NCBI GenBank assembly: GCA_034111325.1
Contig: JAWUXM010000002.1
Span: 13,228-77,227 of the forward strand
DNA length: 64,000 nt
DNA from: Rickettsiales bacterium
GTDB taxonomy: Bacteria > Pseudomonadota > Alphaproteobacteria > Rickettsiales > JABIRX01
Direction of reading: 5' to 3'
Shown: piece after piece, positions 37,412 to 45,124 of the stretch
Layout: each line of letters starts with the position of its first letter
Position numbering within the stretch: position 1 is the stretch's first letter
Notes under the pieces: generated by a model
Told to the model about the DNA's origin: nothing
What the model saw: the letters and a program-made list of their open reading frames with translations, nothing else
Databases searched by the model: none
Position numbers and translations under genes: made by a program

Positions 37412-38932
37412 TTAATCCTTCATATTCTCACATTGATCTCCAACGTTGGTATCGTGCGGAGAATATGCTTGGCGCTTATAAATTGGCATGGCGAACGAGA
37501 GCATTAAAGCATCCAGCTTGCCTGGGCTTGGCAAACCACGAGCCTTTAGATCTTTCTTCGCTTCTAACTGAATCTTGCCGTCCAACCGTGAAACTGTTTC
37601 AATTGAATTTAAATCACTAATCAAATCATCATTGTCGGGAATAGCGCCACCCTCCTGCAACCACTTTTTCGTTTGACCTGCCATGTAAGCTTTCATGTTC
37701 AAGAAGCCCTTGTCGGGTGATGCCCCTGCGAACCAAACTAAGTGCCAGTCCCTATTCCATGTCCTGCCCACTGAAATAATACCCGTGCCATAACCAGCGT
37801 CAATTATCACTCCATCAGCCTTGTGTTGGTCTTCCAACTGCGCTATCAGCGTTGCAACAACCACATCATTGTCATTTTTAGGTATTGTTTTAAGCAGAGA
37901 GAACGCCAAACCTTGACGCATTCCAATCTCCAACATGTCGTCACCTTCCCAAGCGGGATCAACAGTGATGATCTTTGGCGCAAAATTATATTGATGAGGC
38001 TGTAAATGCTTGCCCCTTGCCGCCTCGATGTCCTTCTCATTGAAAAATTGCTTGATAGATTGACTAGGAAATACGCCTCTTACACGGACTTTGAAAAAGT
38101 CTGAGTCTTCGCCGTAATCGCTTTTCCAGTCTTCAATCCTTTTCTTATTCGTGATTTGGACTGTGCGAGAGTCAATGTGTATAGTCCGCCAGCGATGCCT
38201 GAACTTTCTAAAGCATTCACGAAAGCGTCCTGAATTTCTAGTAGGATTGCCGAAAACAAACCAGAAGGGCTCGCCGTCCGTTGTGCCCCCCTCTGCCACT
38301 TCCCATATTTTATCTGGCACTGCAGAAGCCTCATCAAAAATATAAAATGGTGAAGATGTCGCAGCATGTAACCCCGCAAAGCTCTCTGAGTTCTCTTCTC
38401 TGCAGGTCTGAGCGTCCGCTCTCCATGTGGTGGGATAAAACTTGTGATAGATGTTCATGTTACCACGACCATTGTTGTACTCGAACCATTCGCCAGTGAT
38501 GCACTTCTTTTTCCACTTGCCCAGCTCCGCCCATGTCTTGGTTTTTAACTGATCAGACGTATTCGCTGTAATCACACCCCGAGCGTTGGGGCGAGTTGAT
38601 AAGATGAACAATATACAAATAGCGGTAAGCGCAGACTTTCCGATTCCATGACCAGAAGCAATCGCAGCCTGATAGGCGTTGACAGCCTTCTTGCCATTAA
38701 AACCGTTCTTCCTGATAGCCTCGCCCCAAGCATCAAGAAACTCTAGTGCATACTCATCTAAGCCATACTCAGACTTCCAGACATGTTTGTACTTTTCGGG
38801 GGTTTTTACAATTTGAAGCTCTGGGTCGCTATCCCAGTCAAAAGCGTATGCAGCCCACTGTAAGGGATGCCCAAAATATTTACCCGCATCTTCTATTAAC
38901 ATTGCGTCAACTTCGTTTATTTCTTGACGCAT
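37412..38932 (-). CDS. terL: Terminase large subunit
   Basis: 506 aa with a Walker A-like ASGHGIGKS. Adjacent to terS. The C-terminal half has nuclease-like acidic motifs. Confidence 0.85.
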   Translation of the reverse strand: MRQEINEVDAMLIEDAGKYFGHPLQWAAYAFDWDSDPELQIVKTPEKYKHVWKSEYGLDEYALEFLDAWGEAIRKNGFNGKKAVNAYQAAIASGHGIGKSALTAICILFILSTRPNARGVITANTSDQLKTKTWAELGKWKKKCITGEWFEYNNGRGNMNIYHKFYPTTWRADAQTCREENSESFAGLHAATSSPFYIFDEASAVPDKIWEVAEGGTTDGEPFWFVFGNPTRNSGRFRECFRKFRHRWRTIHIDSRTVQITNKKRIEDWKSDYGEDSDFFKVRVRGVFPSQSIKQFFNEKDIEAARGKHLQPHQYNFAPKIITVDPAWEGDDMLEIGMRQGLAFSLLKTIPKNDNDVVVATLIAQLEDQHKADGVIIDAGYGTGIISVGRTWNRDWHLVWFAGASPDKGFLNMKAYMAGQTKKWLQEGGAIPDNDDLISDLNSIETVSRLDGKIQLEAKKDLKARGLPSPGKLDALMLSFAMPIYKRQAYSPHDTNVGDQCENMKD

Positions 38933-39370
38933 CTAATCCTCTAAGCAGCCACGATTTCGAGCCGCCATTATTCTCATCGCCATATCACCCTTAAAATTGA
39001 TATCTTGCTCCGTCTTATCCTTCCATTTAAAATTATTCTTCAAAACAAAGTCGGCTTTGTTTCCTTTGTTGCCCTCAAAGAGCTGATCTACAGCGTACAT
39101 TTCACATTTTTTCTTCGCACGTGCGATGGTCGAGCCGAAAAATTGCCCGTCCACATCTCCTAACTTCTCATAGTTTCGCAAAGTATCGTTGCTGATTTCT
39201 AAGTAAGCACAAAGTCCAGTTATGTGTATCGGAGCAGGCGAAGGAATCATTACTACACTACCGTCTTTAGTGATGAACGCTCTCTTACGCTTTGCACAAT
39301 CCAAGAAATAAGCGTCTATGCTTTTTTTGAGCTCTTCTGAAGAAGTGTATATTGGGGGTCTGCCTGCCAT
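38933..39370 (-). CDS. terS: Terminase small subunit
   Basis: 145 aa with MAGRPPIYTSSEELKKSIDAYF...ITGLCAYLEISNDTLRNYEK, a typical terS HTH N-terminus. Abuts terL. Confidence 0.75.
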   Translation of the reverse strand: MAGRPPIYTSSEELKKSIDAYFLDCAKRKRAFITKDGSVVMIPSPAPIHITGLCAYLEISNDTLRNYEKLGDVDGQFFGSTIARAKKKCEMYAVDQLFEGNKGNKADFVLKNNFKWKDKTEQDINFKGDMAMRIMAARNRGCLED

Positions 39371-39431
39371 ACTTTACCTTATAAAAAAGTAAAGTTATTA
39401 AAAATGGCTTATTTGTCAAGTTTGAGCTTCA

Positions 39432-39596
39432 TTACCCAAATATCGAGATTTCAAGCAAAATGAAAAGCGCAAGCGCAACAAAGAATATACCCCATTGCTC
39501 ACGCTTTGCTTTTTTTAATAGCTTGTTGCAACATTGAAGCTCGTCTACAAGCTTGCTTGCTTCTTTTCCATTCCACTTTGTTTTTTCTTTATTCAT
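39432..39596 (-). CDS. Unannotated 54-aa protein with a C-terminal TM segment
   Basis: Manual reverse translation gives MNKEKTKWNGKEASKLVDELQCCNKLLKKAKREQWGIFFVALALFILLEISIFG. Its ATG shares one base with the TGA of the upstream small ORF. Below the 60-aa cutoff of the track. Confidence 0.45.
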   Translation of the reverse strand: MNKEKTKWNGKEASKLVDELQCCNKLLKKAKREQWGIFFVALALFILLEISIFG

Positions 39597-39763
39597 CAGT
39601 ATCTACCATCCTCAATTACACCATCACGAATCACGGTAGGTGAGAAAGACGTTGTTTTGCTAATTAGCAAGGCAAAAATCAAAAGGACAGCTAACAATAT
39701 AGCTACTATCTGCGTGAACTTTGCACCAAGAAGGGCTCTGAATATTTCAAGTAATATTTTCAT
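39596..39763 (-). CDS. Unannotated 55-aa single-TM protein
   Basis: Manual reverse translation gives MKILLEIFRALLGAKFTQIVAILLAVLLIFALLISKTTSFSPTVIRDGVIEDGRY. An AGGA lies 8 nt upstream of the ATG at 39763. Co-oriented with the whole operon. Confidence 0.45.
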   Translation of the reverse strand: MKILLEIFRALLGAKFTQIVAILLAVLLIFALLISKTTSFSPTVIRDGVIEDGRY

Positions 39764-39884
39764 TTTTTCCTTATTTTAGATTATTAAATATAAGCCATTT
39801 TAAAGCACCTCTTTTACTTTTTAGCCACCTTCCCACCTAAAAGGCTTGAAAGTACAATGAGAAGGCAACTATTAAAGAATATAG

Positions 39885-40622
39885 CTAGTTCGGAGGCACT
39901 CCCTTTGTATAAGCTAGCGCCCATTTCGGAAACGCTTTGTTTAAATCACGAGGAAACCCTCCTCGCTTTTCTATCCCCTGAACGTAAACTTTCATCAGTT
40001 TGTAAAGATTCCAGCTCGGAGCATAAATTTTCAATTCAGACAAAGCATCTTGTGAAAGTGCTTCTACTAATTTTCGAGAGCCTCGATCTATATCTCCATT
40101 TCCAACACCAACACCCCCCAATAAATTTATTTTTTTAGCACCCTCTTTTTCTTTTTCCTTCTCGGCATCTAAAGAAGGTGTTGGTGTTATAGAAACACCT
40201 TCTTTGTGGGTGTGGGTGTGGTGTAGCATTGCGTTCGCATCTGCGTTCGCATCATCTTTATTTTCCTTTTTCCACCTCGCATTCGCAGACGCGCGGGCTT
40301 TCGCTGATTTTTCCCTAATAGTTTCCAGCTCTTTTTCTGCTCTCTTATGTGTCCATTTCGTGACCGTTTTCCGACCATTTTCCGACCGCTCTTCGACAAC
40401 TTTAATGAAAAATCTTTCAAGAATTAGGACTATTGCTTGCTTTTCTGAGCGTGAAAAAGCACGACAAACGCAATATATTCTTTTCTTATCATCTATGAAT
40501 CCACCCTCGTTTAAATAATAATAATCCAACAATCTTCTATAAGCTCCGTCTTCTATCATGCTTAAATCAGATGTGGCTTTTGCGTAGTCACTAATGAAAA
40601 AACTATACCAAATGGTTGTCAT
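39885..40622 (-). CDS. DUF1376 (YdaU-like) replication-associated protein
   Basis: MTTIWYSFFISDYAKATSDLSMIEDGAYRRLLDYYY is the DUF1376 signature. I prefer the ATG at 40622 (GAGGG SD) over the track start at 40643. Confidence 0.7.
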   Translation of the reverse strand: MTTIWYSFFISDYAKATSDLSMIEDGAYRRLLDYYYLNEGGFIDDKKRIYCVCRAFSRSEKQAIVLILERFFIKVVEERSENGRKTVTKWTHKRAEKELETIREKSAKARASANARWKKENKDDANADANAMLHHTHTHKEGVSITPTPSLDAEKEKEKEGAKKINLLGGVGVGNGDIDRGSRKLVEALSQDALSELKIYAPSWNLYKLMKVYVQGIEKRGGFPRDLNKAFPKWALAYTKGVPPN

Positions 40623-40977
40623 CTTTGCCCTCATTATTAACAATTAAATTCTGCGCTGGAAATTCGATATTACCACTCATTAGCTCTAGATCTTTTGCAA
40701 TTGACCACATATACTGACGGACGATGTTTTTGATGTTAGGTGGGCACGACTCTTCTTCTAATAGTTGAAGTGTCATGCCTATTCTAATATTGAATATTTC
40801 CGTGACTTTGCAGTCGGACACACAGCGAAACTGCGCTATATTGTCATATATGCGCCAAATTTGCTTTCTTACTGATTTTTTAATTTTTGCCGACACATCA
40901 ACAGACTCCAAAAAGTCTGCAATTATAGCTATTTTTGTTGCGAATACATCTCGCACTTGTGCTTTTGCCTTGTTCAT
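40603..40977 (-). CDS. Hypothetical early protein
   Basis: 124-aa ORF in the leftward early operon. Confidence 0.5.
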   Translation of the reverse strand: MNKAKAQVRDVFATKIAIIADFLESVDVSAKIKKSVRKQIWRIYDNIAQFRCVSDCKVTEIFNIRIGMTLQLLEEESCPPNIKNIVRQYMWSIAKDLELMSGNIEFPAQNLIVNNEGKDDNHLV

Positions 40978-41021
40978 AACTTTACTTTCTTAAACTTTTA
41001 CTGCACTTAAAGCGTTGCTTA

Positions 41022-41303
41022 CTATAGTCTTAGTGCCTTTTCTTCTTCTATTAACTGCCTAGTCTTTTCCAAAAGCTCTTTTTGCGTTCCGAAATTCTTC
41101 TCAAACTCTTTTGTGCCTGCATGTACAGCTACACCCCAACCACCTATTCGATGATGAGGTGGGCAAAGTGGTATTACATCATAATTACTCGACTTCAAAC
41201 CCATTCCTGCGCCAGTTAAGTGATGGATTTCAGCGGGTGCAAAACATAATATACAGCCTATGCTAGCGACTAAGTCCAAGTGCTTCTTCTCAGCTTTTTT
41301 CAC
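41022..41303 (-). CDS. Ref-like (P1 recombination enhancement function) HNH-type nuclease
   Basis: 93 aa with HLDLVASIGCILCFAPAEIHHL...VIPLCPPHHR...AVHAGTKEFEKNFG, a pattern typical of Ref-family proteins. Confidence 0.6.
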   Translation of the reverse strand: MKKAEKKHLDLVASIGCILCFAPAEIHHLTGAGMGLKSSNYDVIPLCPPHHRIGGWGVAVHAGTKEFEKNFGTQKELLEKTRQLIEEEKALRL

Positions 41304-41388
41304 AAAAGCTGCCCCAAAAAATACCCTATGAGTAAACCGATGCAGACGGCATTTAGTGCAAGCCTTTCTTCCCGCCTATTTAACTTTC

Positions 41389-41772
41389 TCATTGGACCTC
41401 TAAAAAAATATAATCAGGGTATTTTAGCTTAAAAAGCTTACGCCTTAAAATGTACGCCGTTTCTTTGGCTGTAAATGCGGACTTAACCTCGTAAACATAT
41501 TTTTGCCCATTTTCTACATAGCTTGCTTCTGGCGTATATTTAGCCCCTATCTCTGTTTTTCCAGACGAGTCTTTAAATGAATCAAAGAGCTGAAATTTTG
41601 GCTTCATCTTTAACTCTGTGATCTCACCCTGCCCTTCCCTAATCTTTAGCTCGTAACAGTTTTTATGCTCTAATTTTGAATCGTAAGTGACACCACCCAC
41701 GACAACCTTTCTGTTTTTATATTTTTGCCTGGGATATAGTGCCCTATGCAATTCCTGCCTTGCTTTACTCAT
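41389..41772 (-). CDS. DUF1064 protein (RecU/PD-(D/E)XK-like resolvase candidate)
   Basis: 127 aa with KYKNRKVVVGGVTYDSKLEHKNCYELKIREGQGEITELKMKPKFQL, matching the DUF1064 consensus as I recall it. Confidence 0.65.
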   Translation of the reverse strand: MSKARQELHRALYPRQKYKNRKVVVGGVTYDSKLEHKNCYELKIREGQGEITELKMKPKFQLFDSFKDSSGKTEIGAKYTPEASYVENGQKYVYEVKSAFTAKETAYILRRKLFKLKYPDYIFLEVQ

Positions 41773-41805
41773 GCAAACCTTGCTTTATAATAAATATATC
41801 AAAAA

Positions 41806-42015
41806 TTATATTGGCGCAACTTTCATATCCTCAAAGCCGTAATATGAGTTTGCATCAACCGCTCCTTTGGTGTACCTGAAAAGCGTCGACATATCCTCCT
41901 CATGGGGGATCTTACCATTCTTATAGAGCGAGATTCTCGATTCGGGAATGCCAGTGTCTTCACTGATTTTCCTGCCCTTTATTTTGTTTATGTGCATCCA
42001 GCGGTATAATTGCAT
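41806..42015 (-). CDS. Cro-like HTH regulator
   Basis: 69 aa with GRKISEDTGIPESRISLYKNGK. First gene of the leftward operon and divergent from the CI-like gene. Confidence 0.6.
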   Translation of the reverse strand: MQLYRWMHINKIKGRKISEDTGIPESRISLYKNGKIPHEEDMSTLFRYTKGAVDANSYYGFEDMKVAPI

Positions 42016-42047
42016 TTTAATAAAAAAATTGATAATAATATTATTTA

Positions 42048-42076
42048 TGTATGTAATTAATTTATTAATTTGTCAA
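42048..42076 (-). promoter_or_regulatory. Putative leftward early promoter/operator (TTGACAAATTAATAAA on the minus strand)
   Basis: The reverse complement of 42061-42076 is ttgacaaattaataaa, identical to 43578-43593. The -10 candidate CATACA at 17-nt spacing is weak. Confidence 0.35.
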
Positions 42077-42160
42077 GAAAATTACTGTTTACATAAAGCT
42101 ATGTTCTATTTTCTATTCTGGCGGTCTAATGTTAATTAATAATTAAATTAATCTACTTAC

Positions 42161-42601
42161 ATGCTTAAAAAGAAGAGGATTCTATCCAACAAGGTGAAGG
42201 ATATTAGGGCGGCTAAGGGCTGGACTCAATCCAAGCTATCCGAAGAGTCGGGCATAGATGAAACCGAAATCAGCCAAATCGAAAACTGTAAAAGATCAAT
42301 CAGCAGCGAAAGAATGCACATATTAACCAATGCGCTAGGCTGCACAATATCTGAACTGCTAGGAGAGAGTGACTATCGAGCGCAAGCAAAAGAAGAGATA
42401 GAGGAGGAGTTGTTGCAAAAAATAATGACCATTGTCAAGCAAAGAGCGGCAGATAAGGGATATAGCATCACGAGAGTGCAATTTACAAAAGCAGTAATGC
42501 TGATTTATGATGATATAATTAGGCAAAAAGACAAATATAAAACAATCGACTCTAGCATTGTTGACAATGTAGTAAGTCTAAAAAATTACAGAGAGAGATA
42601 A
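42161..42601 (+). CDS. CI-like XRE-family repressor
   Basis: 146 aa with N-terminal HTH (IRAAKGWTQSKLSEESGIDETEISQIENCKRSIS). Divergent from the cro-like gene. Confidence 0.65.
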   Translation: MLKKKRILSNKVKDIRAAKGWTQSKLSEESGIDETEISQIENCKRSISSERMHILTNALGCTISELLGESDYRAQAKEEIEEELLQKIMTIVKQRAADKGYSITRVQFTKAVMLIYDDIIRQKDKYKTIDSSIVDNVVSLKNYRER

Positions 42602-42626
42602 TTTTTTTAATTAATTAAGGTAATTT

Positions 42627-43265
42627 ATGAAGCGTTTAAACATTGCTGCAATCGCAGCTTTAATCTCAAGCCCAGCAGTTGCAGAAAGCAACATATATGC
42701 GGGACTGGACTTTCAAGCAAATAAAGCGAATTATTCTGATGAAACAGCAAATATCGCTGGCGAGTCATTTAATATAAAGTATAAAGACTATTACGAAGAT
42801 GAGTATTTCGGCATATCTCCCTTTATTGGTTTTAACATCACGAAGCATGACAGCGTCGAGCTATCTTACTTTGCAGACTCAGAGGAAAAATCAAACTCAA
42901 ACACTGGATATATATTTGTAGCGGACTCAGTGCCTGTAGTTGCCAGAACTCAGATCGACCTAAAAAGTATTACTTTAGACTATATGCGCAATTACAACCT
43001 AGGTGAGAATACAACACTCTCTCCAATTTTAGGAGTCTCTCGCATCGAGGCGGATCAGATTACCCACCTTGATGGCAATGGAGTCACTAGATACACCACC
43101 TCTCAATCAGAAAGTGGCTGGGGCGTAGGGATAGGCGCACAAGCGAAGTACGCAGTCACCGAAAAAGCGTTCATACGTGCTAGGGCAAAATACACATCCG
43201 TTAGCGGCGTTGGTGTCCTTGATAGCATTGTCAGCTATAGCATTGGAGCAGGATACAACTTCTAA
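42627..43265 (+). CDS. Prophage-encoded outer-membrane beta-barrel protein (small-OMP size, in the position where lambda Lom/Ail-type morons occur)
   Basis: 212 aa with signal peptide MKRLNIAAIAALISSPAVA. YAGLDF start, alternating strands and C-terminal GAGYNF. Located 25 nt after the repressor gene and followed by a terminator. Confidence 0.7.
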   Translation: MKRLNIAAIAALISSPAVAESNIYAGLDFQANKANYSDETANIAGESFNIKYKDYYEDEYFGISPFIGFNITKHDSVELSYFADSEEKSNSNTGYIFVADSVPVVARTQIDLKSITLDYMRNYNLGENTTLSPILGVSRIEADQITHLDGNGVTRYTTSQSESGWGVGIGAQAKYAVTEKAFIRARAKYTSVSGVGVLDSIVSYSIGAGYNF

Positions 43266-43292
43266 TTGCACCCTTAAAGCGACCAACCTTCA

Positions 43293-43322
43293 AAGCCACC
43301 AGAACTCTGGTGGCTTTTTTTG
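43293..43322 (+). terminator. Rho-independent terminator after the OMP moron
   Basis: aagccaccag-aact-ctggtggctt followed by tttttt. Confidence 0.75.
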
Positions 43323-43577
43323 TATCAATTTCACGCAAACTTTACTATATTGTCATTCTTTAATACAAATATATCACACATGGAAGAACAGATCATAAAA
43401 AATAAGGCAGATAACTTTTTTAAAAGTGAGGTCACTGCACCAAAAAACAACCTAAAGATGCTCTCTTTAATAGTAGTTGCCCTAATTACAACTTATGCTT
43501 ACGACCTAGCAAAGACCTTCATATTCCTCAACCTCCTATAGTTATTGATAAATTAATTGATTAATTAATAAATTAAT

Positions 43578-43606
43578 TGACAAATTAATAAAGAACAACT
43601 AACATT
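43578..43606 (+). promoter_or_regulatory. Putative rightward early promoter (TTGACA-17 nt-TAACAT) embedded in ATAAATTAATTGA repeats
   Basis: ttgaca at 43578-43583 and taacat at 43601-43606. taaattaattga occurs twice upstream (around 43549 and 43570). Confidence 0.45.
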
Positions 43607-43703
43607 GCAAATATAGCAAGTGGGTTAATAGTTATAAACCTAGCAGAAGCGGGAACTTCCAATACTCACAAGCTATAATTACTAATTCTTTAGTGAGGTT
43701 GTT

Positions 43704-43892
43704 ATGTTGCTGTTAGATTTATTGAATGAAGAGGTGGTCGAGCCTAAGCAGGCAAAGCCGCTCCCTAGTGGTTTCTTTAGCAAAGTGCGCAAGGAGATTA
43801 ACGAGTCAGAGATGATATTGCACGAACAAATATTGCTCCAAAACCGCATTGCCCTTGAAAGATTGAGACTAAGAGGGGTGCGTCATGCTTAA
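43704..43892 (+). CDS. Hypothetical early protein
   Basis: 62-aa ORF. First gene after the rightward promoter. Confidence 0.45.
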   Translation: MLLLDLLNEEVVEPKQAKPLPSGFFSKVRKEINESEMILHEQILLQNRIALERLRLRGVRHA

Positions 43893-44088
43893 TCACTTTT
43901 TACTAACTGGTAAATGGAAAAGCGGAGAGAAGCTGCATATGGAGGCGCAATCCTCTGATGAACTTGGCAAAATCATAAAGGAGCTTGCATCCATTAGCGA
44001 TGTGCAGACAGACATAAACCCCCAAGCTGATGAAAAAGAGCGCTTCGATATGGAGAGTTTGCGAGTGAAAGAGGTGTGCAATGTCTAG
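43885..44088 (+). CDS. Hypothetical early protein
   Basis: 67-aa ORF that overlaps the previous stop. Confidence 0.45.
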   Translation: MLNHFLLTGKWKSGEKLHMEAQSSDELGKIIKELASISDVQTDINPQADEKERFDMESLRVKEVCNV

Positions 44089-44200
44089 TCAATTTGTAGT
44101 GAAGGCAACAGCTAAGAGCAATCAGACAATAATCACTGCGCTACGTGAGGCACTCAAGGTCAAATCTGAATTTAAACGCAAGATAAAAAATGGAAAATAA
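44081..44200 (+). CDS. Hypothetical 39-aa early protein
   Basis: Manual translation gives MSSQFVVKATAKSNQTIITALREALKVKSEFKRKIKNGK. An AGAGG lies 8 nt upstream. It overlaps the previous stop. Confidence 0.35.
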   Translation: MSSQFVVKATAKSNQTIITALREALKVKSEFKRKIKNGK

Positions 44201-44570
44201 GCACATGCTATGGGCATGGAATTAATATTAATTAGCTTATCGCCGTTAATTATTTGCGGCTTGGCTACAATATTTATGAATTAATAAAGTACAACCCTAG
44301 CAACAAGGGAGAAGGTTGTAGAACTTATGCGGTGCGGCTTAAAGTATTCCCAATGCAGATAGCATCTATGTATTGGCGGCAGAGGTAGGCTGTAGGCGAG
44401 AGAGTAAGGCAAATGTACTCGTGACTACTATCTTGAATTAGTTTTGCACAGTTTTGTTCGGCGGAGGTGATCTGTAAAAAACCCAACAAAGTTATTTATA
44501 GAAGAACTTTCAAAAATCTATATGACAGCTGGCAAAGACCGCATTTTTTAAACTTAACAAGGTAAAAACT

Positions 44571-44843
44571 ATGATTTCAAGTAATAAACTTCCTGAAGAT
44601 GGGTCAAATTTCGGAGAGGCAATTAAAGCTCTTCAAGATGGAGAAAGGGTATTAAGAACTGGGTGGAATGGCAAGAATATGTTTTTAGAGCTACAAGTTC
44701 CTGATGCTAATAGTAAAATGACTCAGCCTTATATCTTTATGAACTACAACGTCAATCCAGACACAAGCCCCAACAGAATACCTTGGTTAGCATCTCAGGC
44801 AGATATGCTTTCTGAAGATTGGCAAGTTCTAGCAAGAACATAG
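44571..44843 (+). CDS. DUF2829 protein (Tad2-family, candidate anti-Thoeris sponge)
   Basis: 90 aa with NFGEAIKALQDGERVLRTGWNGKNMFLELQ...SKMTQPYIFM...PWLASQADMLSEDWQVL, a close match to the DUF2829 consensus as I recall it. Confidence 0.75.
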   Translation: MISSNKLPEDGSNFGEAIKALQDGERVLRTGWNGKNMFLELQVPDANSKMTQPYIFMNYNVNPDTSPNRIPWLASQADMLSEDWQVLART

Positions 44844-44938
44844 CGAATTATGGCACGGCGAGCCTAGCGGTAACTAGGTACTACATGTTAAGCAACCATC
44901 GCACAAGGGAGCTTTTAACTAATTTTAATGAGGACAAT

Positions 44939-45067
44939 ATGGGAGAAATAGCAGATATGCATTTAGATGGCACTTTGTGTCAATATTGCGGAGATTTTAT
45001 GCATGTAAGACCTCCTGGATATCCAGTAACTTGTCAGGATTGCCAAAAAGGCGAAGAGTCTGAATAA
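44939..45067 (+). CDS. Small zinc-ribbon-like protein
   Basis: 42 aa from the ATG at 44939 (GAGGA SD): MGEIADMHLDGTLCQYCGDFMHVRPPGYPVTCQDCQKGEESE (CxxC...CxxC). The track's longer ORF from 44819 overlaps the previous gene. Confidence 0.45.
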   Translation: MGEIADMHLDGTLCQYCGDFMHVRPPGYPVTCQDCQKGEESE

Positions 45068-45124
45068 CAATTAATATGTAAGCGGGTTTAACCTCCTTTT
45101 CCCGCTTACGCCAAATTAGAGGAA

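Noticed and set aside
39534-40138. Plus-strand ORFs 39534..39779 (81 aa) and 39857..40138 (93 aa)
   Set aside because: They are antisense to the uniformly minus-strand operon. The first overlaps two better-supported coupled minus-strand mini-ORFs. The second overlaps the DUF1376 gene.
43320-43541. 73-aa ORF (or 53 aa from the ATG at 43381) with a hydrophobic C-terminus between the terminator and the rightward promoter
   Set aside because: It overlaps the terminator T-tract at its 5' end, and I see no convincing SD upstream of either ATG. It is left uncalled but remains a possible small exclusion protein.
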